46,792 nt of DNA from Clostridia bacterium (GTDB lineage: Bacteria > Bacillota > Clostridia > Oscillospirales > CAG-272): positions 1 to 46,792 of the forward strand of contig CAADYN010000131.1 in NCBI GenBank assembly GCA_900753285.1, written 5' to 3'. Positions within the stretch are counted from its first letter, which is position 1. Every line of letters starts with the position of its first letter. A program made the translations under genes and the position numbers. The notes under the pieces are model-generated. The model was given only the letters and a program-made list of their open reading frames with translations, made no database searches and had not been told where the DNA came from. This document shows positions 17,855 to 26,574 of this stretch, piece by piece.

Positions 17855-20164
17855 ATGAAAAAACGATTTTTGAATAAACTTTATTTGTGCGTGATAATGA
17901 CAGTTATAGCTATTGCAGTATGTCTTCCGATAAGCGCAGACACACCCGCTTCTATAACCGAGACCGATATGCTGCCCCCCGTAACTGCCGCAGCTGATAC
18001 TGCGAATGAGTACGGCAACAGAATAGGCACTGACATTTCAGTCTACGAGGGAAACGACGAATACTACCTGTTTTTGCCGTCATCTGCAGATATCAGCGCG
18101 GTAAAGCTCAGATACAACGGCTCGCTGAAAATGTATGACCCCGACAACGGAACACTGTACGAAAGCGGAGATATCATGCTGTACGACTGCTCGGCGGGTG
18201 AGATATCCGTGTATGAATACGACAGCGAGAAGAATATGTACTATCGCTATCACCTGACCGTCATGCAGGGGGAAAACATCGCGACGATTTACGTTACCCT
18301 CGACAACGGCGACGACGGACTGAGACATATAAACTCTTCCCACGACGCCGTAGAGACGGGAAGCATGGTCATGACCGAGAAAAACGGCAAGACGATATAC
18401 TCCGGCGGTCTCAACAGAATGAAGGGACACGGACTTACCTCATACCAGTCGACAGGTTCGCTTAACACGAAAAACTCGTATTATATTAACCTTGCAACAA
18501 AGGCTGAGCTTATCGAAAATGCGGGAAAAAGCAAAAAGTGGTCGCTGCTCCGCATAAGATCGCACGGAGACTACGACGCGACAGGTGTGAGCTACCCAAT
18601 GGGATTCTACATTTTCGACTCTCTTGCGGGAAAAGACTACTTTAACATCACTTCGCGTTACGTCAACGTGTACATAGACGGCGAATACCGCGGAGTTTAT
18701 ATTCTGACCGAGCGTATGGACATGAACGGCTCCATTCAGATAACGGACCTTGAAGCCGAGACAACATTTTCCGACAACAACTACCGCAGAGTGGACAGAA
18801 CGAAAAAGGAAGACCCCGCAATCGCCGCCGGAGTAGAGTTCTACAGTTACTGCGCGTCTGCCGAAACAGGGGATGACACCGACATAAGCGGCGGATATGT
18901 GCTTGAGGTAATGTGCGGCACGATAGGCGAGTGCGGATTTAAGACGAAAAAGGGAATGTTCATCAATATAAAAAGCCCGTCACATCCCACTCAGGCTCAG
19001 GTGCAGTACATCGCCGAGTATATGCAGAATTTTGAAAACGCGCTTTTCTCCGACACAGGCTTCAACTCTCTCGGAAAGCACTACTCGGAGTACATCGACA
19101 TACCGAGCTATACGATGCAGGCGCTGACATATTCCTTCTGTCTCAACTGGGAGATATACAGAACGAGCACGTATATGTACAAGGACGTTGACGGAAGCAA
19201 GTACGAAAAGGTAACATTCGGACCCGTGTGGGACTTTGAATCCGGACCGAACATCCTCGAAAATGACAAGACAGTATTCGGAATGACATTCGCGTACAAC
19301 GAAAGACAGCAGTACATCTGGTACGAACAGTTCTGGAAAAAAGCGGAATATATGACGTACATAACCGGCATGAACGAGGAACTGCGCTCTGTTATTGAAA
19401 TACTCGCGGGCGAGACGGAGGGAACGAGAATCTTCAACCTTTCAGATATGCTCGAGAGCGTCAGAACCTCGCAGTACATGAACTGGATTCGCTGGTCGCA
19501 GTCAAGCAATTTCGACAGAGCGGCGAAAAAAATGACGGATTCGCTCGAGACGAGATACCGCTGTTGGTACGCGAAGCTGTGGAATCCCGATAATTACCTT
19601 CTCGGTGCAGTCGTAACCTCCGAAAAAAGCGGAGACGGATATCTTCTGACAGGGGCCGCAAACGGCAAGGTGTACGGCTATCAGTGGTATAAGGTAACCG
19701 ATGATAACCCATCAAAGGGAGAAAAAATCGAAGGTGCGACTGAAAGCACATATCTCGCGGCAGACGACGGACTGTACTACTGCGCGGTAAGAGGAAGAAA
19801 CAATGCGTACTGGGAATGGGCGTCCGGCAGCGTATTCTCGAAGGAAGAGATAACGATGTTCACAGATCCCGTTCATCCCGACGGAACAAAAGCAGAGGGA
19901 ATCATAGCTCCCGAGCCGTACAAAATCGGAGAAGAGCCTAAAACAGTCGCGGGACTTCCGACAGTCGGCGAATACGTCTACGTCGAGCCTGTTATGGAAG
20001 AAGAAACAAAATCCGAAGCAGAAAGCGCAAATGCAGAGGTGTTCGAGATAACACCCGCCGACAAGCCATTCATTGCTGTGACCTCTGCTGTAGTCGTTTT
20101 GTCCGCAGTTGTTGTGTGCGTGTCCGTATTTACAAAGAAGAAAGGAGCAAAAGCAAATGTGTAA
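17855..20164 (+). CDS. CotH kinase-family protein, secreted and C-terminally membrane-anchored
   Basis: The signal peptide is MKKRFLNKLYLCVIMTVIAIAVCLPISA. A CotH-core-like segment is present (YVNVYIDGEYRGVYILTERMD). The C-terminus has a hydrophobic helix followed by KKKGAK. The ATG at 17855 is better spaced from the AAGGA RBS than the one at 17849. Confidence 0.8.
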   Translation: MKKRFLNKLYLCVIMTVIAIAVCLPISADTPASITETDMLPPVTAAADTANEYGNRIGTDISVYEGNDEYYLFLPSSADISAVKLRYNGSLKMYDPDNGTLYESGDIMLYDCSAGEISVYEYDSEKNMYYRYHLTVMQGENIATIYVTLDNGDDGLRHINSSHDAVETGSMVMTEKNGKTIYSGGLNRMKGHGLTSYQSTGSLNTKNSYYINLATKAELIENAGKSKKWSLLRIRSHGDYDATGVSYPMGFYIFDSLAGKDYFNITSRYVNVYIDGEYRGVYILTERMDMNGSIQITDLEAETTFSDNNYRRVDRTKKEDPAIAAGVEFYSYCASAETGDDTDISGGYVLEVMCGTIGECGFKTKKGMFINIKSPSHPTQAQVQYIAEYMQNFENALFSDTGFNSLGKHYSEYIDIPSYTMQALTYSFCLNWEIYRTSTYMYKDVDGSKYEKVTFGPVWDFESGPNILENDKTVFGMTFAYNERQQYIWYEQFWKKAEYMTYITGMNEELRSVIEILAGETEGTRIFNLSDMLESVRTSQYMNWIRWSQSSNFDRAAKKMTDSLETRYRCWYAKLWNPDNYLLGAVVTSEKSGDGYLLTGAANGKVYGYQWYKVTDDNPSKGEKIEGATESTYLAADDGLYYCAVRGRNNAYWEWASGSVFSKEEITMFTDPVHPDGTKAEGIIAPEPYKIGEEPKTVAGLPTVGEYVYVEPVMEEETKSEAESANAEVFEITPADKPFIAVTSAVVVLSAVVVCVSVFTKKKGAKANV

Positions 20165-21092
20165 GAATATTATAAAGCTGTGTCTGACAGTCGTATTTGT
20201 CTTTGTCCTTTCTTTGGCGGTGTGTGCGGCTTATCCTTCATCGGGAAAACAAGCGCCGGACGGTTCGGTTCTCATCGAGGGAAAGATAATCGGCGAGAAA
20301 TTCGGCTGGGGCGGAAACGAACAAGCGGGATGCACTGCGGCTTTCGACGGAAATACCGACACATTCTACGACCCTACTACCGGAGCGGACACAAACTGCT
20401 ATGCCGGAATGAAGCTGAAAGAGTCGTATGTGCTGACGATGGTGTGCATCATGCCGCGATGGGACTTTCCGGACAGATTTGACGGCGCGATGATACAAGG
20501 CTCAAACGACGGCGAAAAATGGACTACTCTGTGGCAGTCGAGTGAAGGTCTCGGCTCGGCGGAGTGGCAGGTGATAAAGAAATTCAAGAACAACACAGGC
20601 TATACCTACTACCGCTACTGCAACGACCGCTCTCACGGAGACGTAGCCGAGGTCGAGCTTTACGGTTACGCCGGAACATCGGACGGGCTCTCGACTGTGA
20701 ATTCCGTACCTGTCGAAAGCGTGACGCTCACATTCGATATGTGCGGCGGAGAGGGTGAGGGCTTTGATGCGATAGAAGCAGTCTTCGGCGAGAATTACCC
20801 GAACATACCGTATGTCCCCGAAAAGGAAGGATTTTTCTTTGACGGATGGTACACCTCCCCCGTGAACGGAGTAAAGGTTGACGCGGAGAAAAAGGTAACA
20901 AACCCGTCGTCGCACACTCTCTATGCTCACTGGAGTACGGAAGAAGAAACGGAAGCGGCTGATGGCTCCGAAATACCCGACGAAGCAGAACCTGAGAGAG
21001 AGCTTACCGAAATACAGGGAATCTGCCTGACCGTGTCGCTTGTGTTCATCCTCGCGGCGGTGATTTCCGTCATAGCAAAGAAAAAAGCGTGA
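20157..21092 (+). CDS. F5/8 type C (discoidin/CBM32-like) plus Listeria-Bacteroides repeat protein, C-terminally membrane-anchored
   Basis: The ATG at 20157 follows an AAAGGAG RBS and overlaps the cotH stop. It has a signal peptide, a discoidin-like region (AAFDGNTDTFYD...IQGSNDGEKWTTLWQS), FFFDGWYTSPVNGVKV (List-Bact repeat) and a C-terminal TM followed by KKKA. Confidence 0.75.
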   Translation: MCKNIIKLCLTVVFVFVLSLAVCAAYPSSGKQAPDGSVLIEGKIIGEKFGWGGNEQAGCTAAFDGNTDTFYDPTTGADTNCYAGMKLKESYVLTMVCIMPRWDFPDRFDGAMIQGSNDGEKWTTLWQSSEGLGSAEWQVIKKFKNNTGYTYYRYCNDRSHGDVAEVELYGYAGTSDGLSTVNSVPVESVTLTFDMCGGEGEGFDAIEAVFGENYPNIPYVPEKEGFFFDGWYTSPVNGVKVDAEKKVTNPSSHTLYAHWSTEEETEAADGSEIPDEAEPERELTEIQGICLTVSLVFILAAVISVIAKKKA

Positions 21093-21095
21093 AGC

Positions 21096-21158
21096 ATATC
21101 CGCTGTCTTTTCGATTTTCACATTGAAATCGGAAAATAACAGCGGATATTTGTTTTTT
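21096..21158 (+). terminator. Intrinsic terminator after the discoidin gene
   Basis: An 11-bp outer stem pairs atatccgctgt with acagcggatat. There is also an inner stem (ttttcgattt with aaatcggaaaa), followed by ttgtttttt. Confidence 0.75.
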
Positions 21159-21203
21159 CGCGTGTAATAATAATTTGTGAAAATCAAATTAACAATAATA
21201 ATA

Positions 21204-21233
21204 TTGACATAGGTGCGAAAAATGTATTATAAT
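21204..21233 (+). promoter_or_regulatory. SigA-type promoter of the PF06541-ftsH-PF06541 operon
   Basis: TTGACA, an 18-nt spacer, then TATAAT. Confidence 0.55.
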
Positions 21234-21289
21234 ATCATAAGCAATGAACTGTTCGTTTTTGAATCAAATCCAACATGAGAGGACGGCTT

Positions 21290-22045
21290 ATGAATATTTT
21301 TTTGAAGCTTGCTTTTCTGTTTTTTATCGGCTCGCTCATCGGATGGGTGATAGAGCTGATATTCAGAAAGTATTTCGCGGTGGAGAATAAGGAGCACAAA
21401 TGGATAAACCCTGGCTTCTGCGTCGGACCGTATCTTCCGCTCTACGGATTCGGACTTTGCCTGCTTTATCTTATAGCTTCGCTCGAGCAATACAGCATAA
21501 TTAAAAATCCAATCCTGAATAAGGCGGTGCTGTTTGTTGTTATGGCAGTGTGCATGACGGCTATAGAATACATCGCCGGAATCTTCTGCCTGAAGTTCGC
21601 GAACGTAAGACTTTGGGACTACAGCGACAAATGGGGCAACATACAGGGAATAATCTGTCCCTCGTTCTCGTGCGCATGGGCATTGCTCGGAGCTGTCTAT
21701 TACTTCCTCATTCATCCGAGAATACTCTCCGCGCTGACGTGGCTATCTGAAAACCTCGCGTTCTCGTTCTTCGTCGGACTGTTCTACGGCGTGTTCCTTA
21801 TAGACGTGGTTTATTCTTCAAACCTCATCATGAAGCTGAAAGCATACGCACAGGAAAACGACGTCATTGTCAAATACGAAAGCCTCAAAGCTCATATCAA
21901 GCAGTTTGAAGAAAAAGCCGCAATGCGTTCGCACTTCTTCTTCCCGCTCAAATCCGAGAGATCGCTTAACGAGTATCTGCACGAGATGAGAGAAACATTT
22001 GAAAAGAGAACCGGAAACATAAAAAATAAACTCAAAAAAAGCTGA
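21290..22045 (+). CDS. PF06541-like (putative ABC-transporter type IV / CmpB) membrane protein
   Basis: The motifs GSLIGWVIELIFRK and RLWDYSDKWGNIQGIICPSFS are present in a multi-TM protein. The ATG at 21290 follows a GAGAGGA RBS. Confidence 0.8.
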   Translation: MNIFLKLAFLFFIGSLIGWVIELIFRKYFAVENKEHKWINPGFCVGPYLPLYGFGLCLLYLIASLEQYSIIKNPILNKAVLFVVMAVCMTAIEYIAGIFCLKFANVRLWDYSDKWGNIQGIICPSFSCAWALLGAVYYFLIHPRILSALTWLSENLAFSFFVGLFYGVFLIDVVYSSNLIMKLKAYAQENDVIVKYESLKAHIKQFEEKAAMRSHFFFPLKSERSLNEYLHEMRETFEKRTGNIKNKLKKS

Positions 22046-22057
22046 AAGGATAAGAAT

Positions 22058-23869
22058 ATGCAGGAAATAAAAAAGCCTAAGAAGCCGATAATATTCTACT
22101 ATACGCTCGTGCTTGTAGTTCTTCTTGTGATAAACTTCTTCCTAATGCCGTTTGTCGCTCAGCGTCAGGTTCAGGAAGTCGACTACGGCACATTCATGAA
22201 AATGACGGAAGAGAAGGAAATCGGAAAGGTAGAGGTACAGGACAACCAGATACTCTTCACGGATAAAGAAGAGAAAAATATATACAAGACCGGAAAAATG
22301 AACGACGACGGACTTGTTGAGCGTTTATACAACTCCGGCGCGCAGTTTACAAGTGAGATTATCGAGGAAACTTCTCCCATAGTCAGCTTCATTCTAACGT
22401 GGATAGTTCCCGTGCTCATTTTCTGGGGACTCGGACAGCTTCTCACAAAACAGATGATGAAGCACGCGGGCGGTCCTAACTCCATGATGTTCAACATGGG
22501 TCAGAGCAACGCCAAGGTCTATGTAAAGTCCTCCGACGGTATCAAATTCTCCGACGTCGCGGGTGAAGACGAAGCTAAGGAAAACCTCACGGAAATCGTC
22601 GAATACCTCCATAATCCTAAGAAATATGAGGAAATCGGCGCGTCCATGCCTAAGGGTATTCTTCTTGTAGGACCTCCCGGAACAGGTAAGACAATGCTCG
22701 CGAAGGCTGTCGCAGGTGAAGCAAACGTGCCGTTCTTCTCGATGTCCGGATCGGAATTTGTCGAGATGTTTGTCGGTATGGGTGCTTCAAAGGTGCGTGA
22801 CTTGTTCAGACAGGCGAAAGAGAAAGCTCCGTGTATAGTATTCATAGATGAAATCGACGCGATAGGCGGAAAGCGTGACGGAAGAATCGGTGGAAACGAT
22901 GAAAGAGAACAGACACTGAACCAGCTTCTCACCGAGATGGACGGATTTGAAGGAAACACGGGAGTAATAATCCTCGCGGCTACCAACAGACCCGAAAGCC
23001 TTGACCCCGCGCTCACAAGACCGGGCAGATTCGACAGACGTGTTCCCGTTGAGCTTCCAGATCTCAAGGGCAGAGAAGAGATTTTACGAGTCCACGCAAA
23101 GAAGGTTAAGCTCGAGAACGGCATTGACTTCACACATATCGCGAGAATGGCTTCCGGCGCTTCCGGTGCTGAGCTTGCAAACATCGTAAACGAAGCCGCA
23201 CTGAGAGCGATAAGAAGCGGAAGAGATAAGGTTTCCCAGTCCGACCTCGAAGAAAGCATAGAAGTCGTTATCGCGGGATATCAGAAGAAGAACGCTATCC
23301 TCACCGACAACGAAAAGAAAATCGTTGCATATCACGAAATCGGACACGCGCTTGTTGCGGCAATGCAGTCAAACTCCGCTCCCGTACAGAAGATTACGAT
23401 AGTTCCGCGTACTTCCGGTGCTCTCGGATATACTATGCAGGTTGACGAGGGCGACCATTATCTTATGAACAAGGAAGAAATCGAGAACAAGATAGCAACA
23501 CTGACGGGCGGACGTGCTGCCGAAGAAATTGCAATAGGCTCGATAACCACCGGAGCTTCAAACGATATCGAACAAGCGACAAAGCTGGCAAGAGCGATGA
23601 TAACACGCTACGGCATGAGCGACGATTTCGGAATGGTGGCAATGGAGACTGTCACGAACGAGTACCTCGGCGGCGACACATCTCTCTCATGCTCGGCTGA
23701 CACACAGGCGGAAATTGACAAAAAGGTAGTCGAGCTTGTAAGGAAACAGCACGAAAAGGCTCTCGATATCCTTAAAAATAACCGCAGAAAGCTCGACGAA
23801 CTGGCAAAGTATCTTTATGAGCATGAGACGATAACGGGCGAGGAATTCATGAAGATTCTGAACGCCTGA
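22058..23869 (+). CDS. ftsH: ATP-dependent zinc metalloprotease FtsH
   Basis: 603 aa. It has two N-terminal TM helices, Walker A GPPGTGKT, an AAA module and the zinc motif HEIGHA. Confidence 0.97.
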   Translation: MQEIKKPKKPIIFYYTLVLVVLLVINFFLMPFVAQRQVQEVDYGTFMKMTEEKEIGKVEVQDNQILFTDKEEKNIYKTGKMNDDGLVERLYNSGAQFTSEIIEETSPIVSFILTWIVPVLIFWGLGQLLTKQMMKHAGGPNSMMFNMGQSNAKVYVKSSDGIKFSDVAGEDEAKENLTEIVEYLHNPKKYEEIGASMPKGILLVGPPGTGKTMLAKAVAGEANVPFFSMSGSEFVEMFVGMGASKVRDLFRQAKEKAPCIVFIDEIDAIGGKRDGRIGGNDEREQTLNQLLTEMDGFEGNTGVIILAATNRPESLDPALTRPGRFDRRVPVELPDLKGREEILRVHAKKVKLENGIDFTHIARMASGASGAELANIVNEAALRAIRSGRDKVSQSDLEESIEVVIAGYQKKNAILTDNEKKIVAYHEIGHALVAAMQSNSAPVQKITIVPRTSGALGYTMQVDEGDHYLMNKEEIENKIATLTGGRAAEEIAIGSITTGASNDIEQATKLARAMITRYGMSDDFGMVAMETVTNEYLGGDTSLSCSADTQAEIDKKVVELVRKQHEKALDILKNNRRKLDELAKYLYEHETITGEEFMKILNA

Positions 23870-23882
23870 CGGAGGATATGAT

Positions 23883-24968
23883 TTGGCAAACTTATTGAAG
23901 CTGAACGATAAACCTGCGAAAGTGGCTGAGGAAAAAAAGGTTGAAAAAGAGCTTCCGCCGGGCTCCGCGCTGAGTAAAATGCTGCGTGACAGCGAGGCGC
24001 TGATTCATACTGCCGAGAAGACAGAGCAGGAAATGAACGCGTATTACTCCGAGATGGTGGACGAAAGCTCCGATATTTCCGACGAAGACGTAGAAGCACG
24101 CACGGAAGCGCTCAGAAACGTGTCCTCGAATCTCGCGAAGGCAAGCCTTGTGTCAATAAATCTTGAAGATGAAGTTCGCTCAAGATGGCACGATGTCCAA
24201 AACAGCAAAAAAGGCAAGCTGATAGCACGAGCTCCCGCAAACGCCACGATAGACTACCAAGAGAAGGAAACCGGTCACTTTGCGCAGGGTACTAATTTCT
24301 ATAAGCTCGCGCTCGTGTTCATAATCGGCAGCTTTGTCGGAGTTGTAATAGAGCTGATATGGTGCCTTCTCCGCAACGGTTATATCGAAAGCCGCTCGGG
24401 ACTTGTGTACGGTCCCTTTAACCTGCTATACGGCGTTGGAGCGTTCGCGCTTACCGTTTCACTGTACAACCTCAGAAACCACTCGCGCTGGCTTTCCTTC
24501 CTCGGCGGACTTGTCATAGGAAGTGTTATCGAATATGCCTGCTCGTTTGGACAGGAGCTTCTCTTCGGTTCACGTTCATGGGACTACAGCGATATGCCGT
24601 TCAACATCAACGGTAGAATATGTCTCCTGTACTCGATATTCTGGGGATTTCTCGGAATGCTATGGATAAAAAACCTGTACCCGAGACTTGCGGCGATAAT
24701 TTTGAAAATTCCCGATAAGATAGGCAAAATCGTAACGTGGGTCATGGTGGTGTTCCTCGTTTTTGACGCCGCCGTGTCGCTCATTGCAGTTGAACGCTGG
24801 GTGCAGAGAAGAGACGGCATTCCCGCGAGCAACGGCTTCCTTGAATTCATCGACGAACGCTTTGACGACGACAGAATGAAGAAAATCTACGCGAATATGG
24901 TGTTCGGCGACGAAAAAGATACCGAAAAAGAAGAGGGAAAAGGAATCCTCTCCGAAATACTTGAATAA
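23883..24968 (+). CDS. PF06541-like membrane protein with a ~140-aa acidic cytoplasmic N-terminal extension
   Basis: TTG start 6 nt after a GGAGGA RBS. The motifs GSFVGVVIELIW and SWDYSDMPFNINGRICLLYS are present. The N-terminal extension is charged and lacks TM segments. Confidence 0.75.
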   Translation: MANLLKLNDKPAKVAEEKKVEKELPPGSALSKMLRDSEALIHTAEKTEQEMNAYYSEMVDESSDISDEDVEARTEALRNVSSNLAKASLVSINLEDEVRSRWHDVQNSKKGKLIARAPANATIDYQEKETGHFAQGTNFYKLALVFIIGSFVGVVIELIWCLLRNGYIESRSGLVYGPFNLLYGVGAFALTVSLYNLRNHSRWLSFLGGLVIGSVIEYACSFGQELLFGSRSWDYSDMPFNINGRICLLYSIFWGFLGMLWIKNLYPRLAAIILKIPDKIGKIVTWVMVVFLVFDAAVSLIAVERWVQRRDGIPASNGFLEFIDERFDDDRMKKIYANMVFGDEKDTEKEEGKGILSEILE

Positions 24969-24970
24969 AC

Positions 24971-25009
24971 AAAAAGCTCTGTACGGTTAAATTCCATACA
25001 GAGTTTTTT
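24971..25009. terminator. Bidirectional terminator between the ftsH operon and gdhA
   Basis: An A-run (aaaaa) is followed by the stem ctctgtacgg / ccatacagag (one mismatch) and then tttttt. Confidence 0.7.
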
Positions 25010-25030
25010 ATGTTATGCGGTTTTACTTTA

Positions 25031-26362
25031 TTATACGCCCTGAGCTATCATCGCGTTTACTACCTTGGAGAAGCCTGCAATGTTTGCGCCGGCAACATAG
25101 TTTCCTTCCATGCCGTATTCGCGTGCAGCTTCGTCGATGTTGTGGTAGATGCCAGTCATGATTCCCTTGAGCTTTGCGTCAACTTCGTCGAATGTCCAGC
25201 TGAGTCTTTCGCTGTTCTGTGACATTTCAAGACCGCTTGTCGCAACGCCGCCCGCGTTGGAAGCCTTGCCGCAGACAAAGAGAACGCCGTTTTCCTGGAG
25301 ATACTTTGTCGCTTCGATGGAGGTAGGCATATTCGCGCCTTCGCATACGCACTTTACGCCGTTCTTGACAAGTTCCTTTGCGTCGTCAATGAGAAGCTCG
25401 TTCTGTGTAGCGCAGGGAAGAGCAATGTCGCACTTGACCGACCATACGCCCTTGCCCTCGTGATATTCCGCAGAAGCCTTCGCGTCCTTGTATTCGGAGA
25501 TTCTGCCGCGTTTAACTTCCTTGATTTCCTTAACGAGGTCGAGGTCAATTCCGTCCTTGTCGTAGATCCAGCCGGTAGAGTCGCTCATTGTGACAACCTT
25601 TGCGCCGAGCTGCTGAGCCTTTTCGACTGCGTATATTGCCACGTTTCCTGCCCCCGATACGCAGACTGTTTTGCCGTCAAGACCGTCGTTGTGGCATTTC
25701 AGAAGCTCGTCGGTGAGGTAGAGCAGACCGTAGCCTGTTGCCTGTGTGCGAACGAGAGAGCCACCGTAGGAAAGTCCCTTGCCGGTGAGAACGCCTTCGT
25801 AAAGACCGGTGAGTCTCTTGTACTGACCGAACATATAGCCGATTTCACGTGCGCCTGTGCCGATATCACCTGCGGGAACGTCCGTATCAGCGCCGATGTA
25901 CTTGCAAAGCTCCGTCATGAAGGACTGGCAGAACGCCATAACCTCACGGTCGCTCTTTCCCTTGGGGTCGAAGTCGGAACCGCCCTTAGCTCCGCCCATA
26001 GGAAGACCTGTCAGGCTGTTTTTGAATACCTGCTCGAAGCCGAGGAACTTGATAACGGAAAGGTTTACGGAAGGATGAAGTCTGATTCCTCCCTTGTAAG
26101 GACCGATGGAGTTGTTGAACTGAACTCTGTAGCCGGTGTTGACTCTGATTTTGCCGCTGTCGTCTACCCACGGAACACGGAACATGATCTGGCGGTCAGG
26201 CTCGGTGATACGCTCAAGGATAGCTTCCTGCTCGTATAATTTTTCGTTCTTGGTGATAACTTTTTCAAGGGATTCAAATACTTCGTGAACCGCCTGAAGG
26301 AACTCCGGCTGAGTGGAATATTTTGCGTCTACCTGAGAAAGCACGTTCTGTAAATAACTCAT
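25031..26362 (-). CDS. gdhA: NADP-specific glutamate dehydrogenase
   Basis: 443 aa. It carries the Glu/Leu/Phe/Val dehydrogenase active-site context LPMGGAKGGSDFDPKGKS and a Rossmann motif GAGNVA. Confidence 0.96.
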   Translation of the reverse strand: MSYLQNVLSQVDAKYSTQPEFLQAVHEVFESLEKVITKNEKLYEQEAILERITEPDRQIMFRVPWVDDSGKIRVNTGYRVQFNNSIGPYKGGIRLHPSVNLSVIKFLGFEQVFKNSLTGLPMGGAKGGSDFDPKGKSDREVMAFCQSFMTELCKYIGADTDVPAGDIGTGAREIGYMFGQYKRLTGLYEGVLTGKGLSYGGSLVRTQATGYGLLYLTDELLKCHNDGLDGKTVCVSGAGNVAIYAVEKAQQLGAKVVTMSDSTGWIYDKDGIDLDLVKEIKEVKRGRISEYKDAKASAEYHEGKGVWSVKCDIALPCATQNELLIDDAKELVKNGVKCVCEGANMPTSIEATKYLQENGVLFVCGKASNAGGVATSGLEMSQNSERLSWTFDEVDAKLKGIMTGIYHNIDEAAREYGMEGNYVAGANIAGFSKVVNAMIAQGV

Positions 26363-26399
26363 TTTGATCCTCCGAATAAATACTTATTGAACATTATAA

Positions 26400-26428
26400 A
26401 TATTACCACATACTCGTGTGAAATGCAA
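26400..26428 (-). promoter_or_regulatory. SigA-type promoter of gdhA
   Basis: On the minus strand: TTGCAT, a 17-nt spacer, then TAATAT with a TGg extended -10. Confidence 0.5.
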
Positions 26429-26574
26429 TATTTCCGAGAAAATATTCATCGGGGATTTGAAATTTCTTCGTTTTGCCAAAAACCTACGCTATTTTTGCGA
26501 CTTCGTTTCTACAGAGTGACGGATGGGACAGGCTGACTTGCAAAAATGTATAAATAGTCAAGTGCACTGCAAAA

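Noticed and set aside
25460-26239. A 259-aa plus-strand ORF antisense to gdhA. Similar long antisense ORFs lie at 28634-29533 (GH2), 32259-33080 (lyxose isomerase), 30292-30918 (ispE), 31124-31804 (DUF362), 36364-36978 (MATE) and 42888-43352 (permease).
   Set aside because: In each case the other strand encodes a protein with unmistakable family motifs. These are shadow frames with odd composition and no SD sequences.
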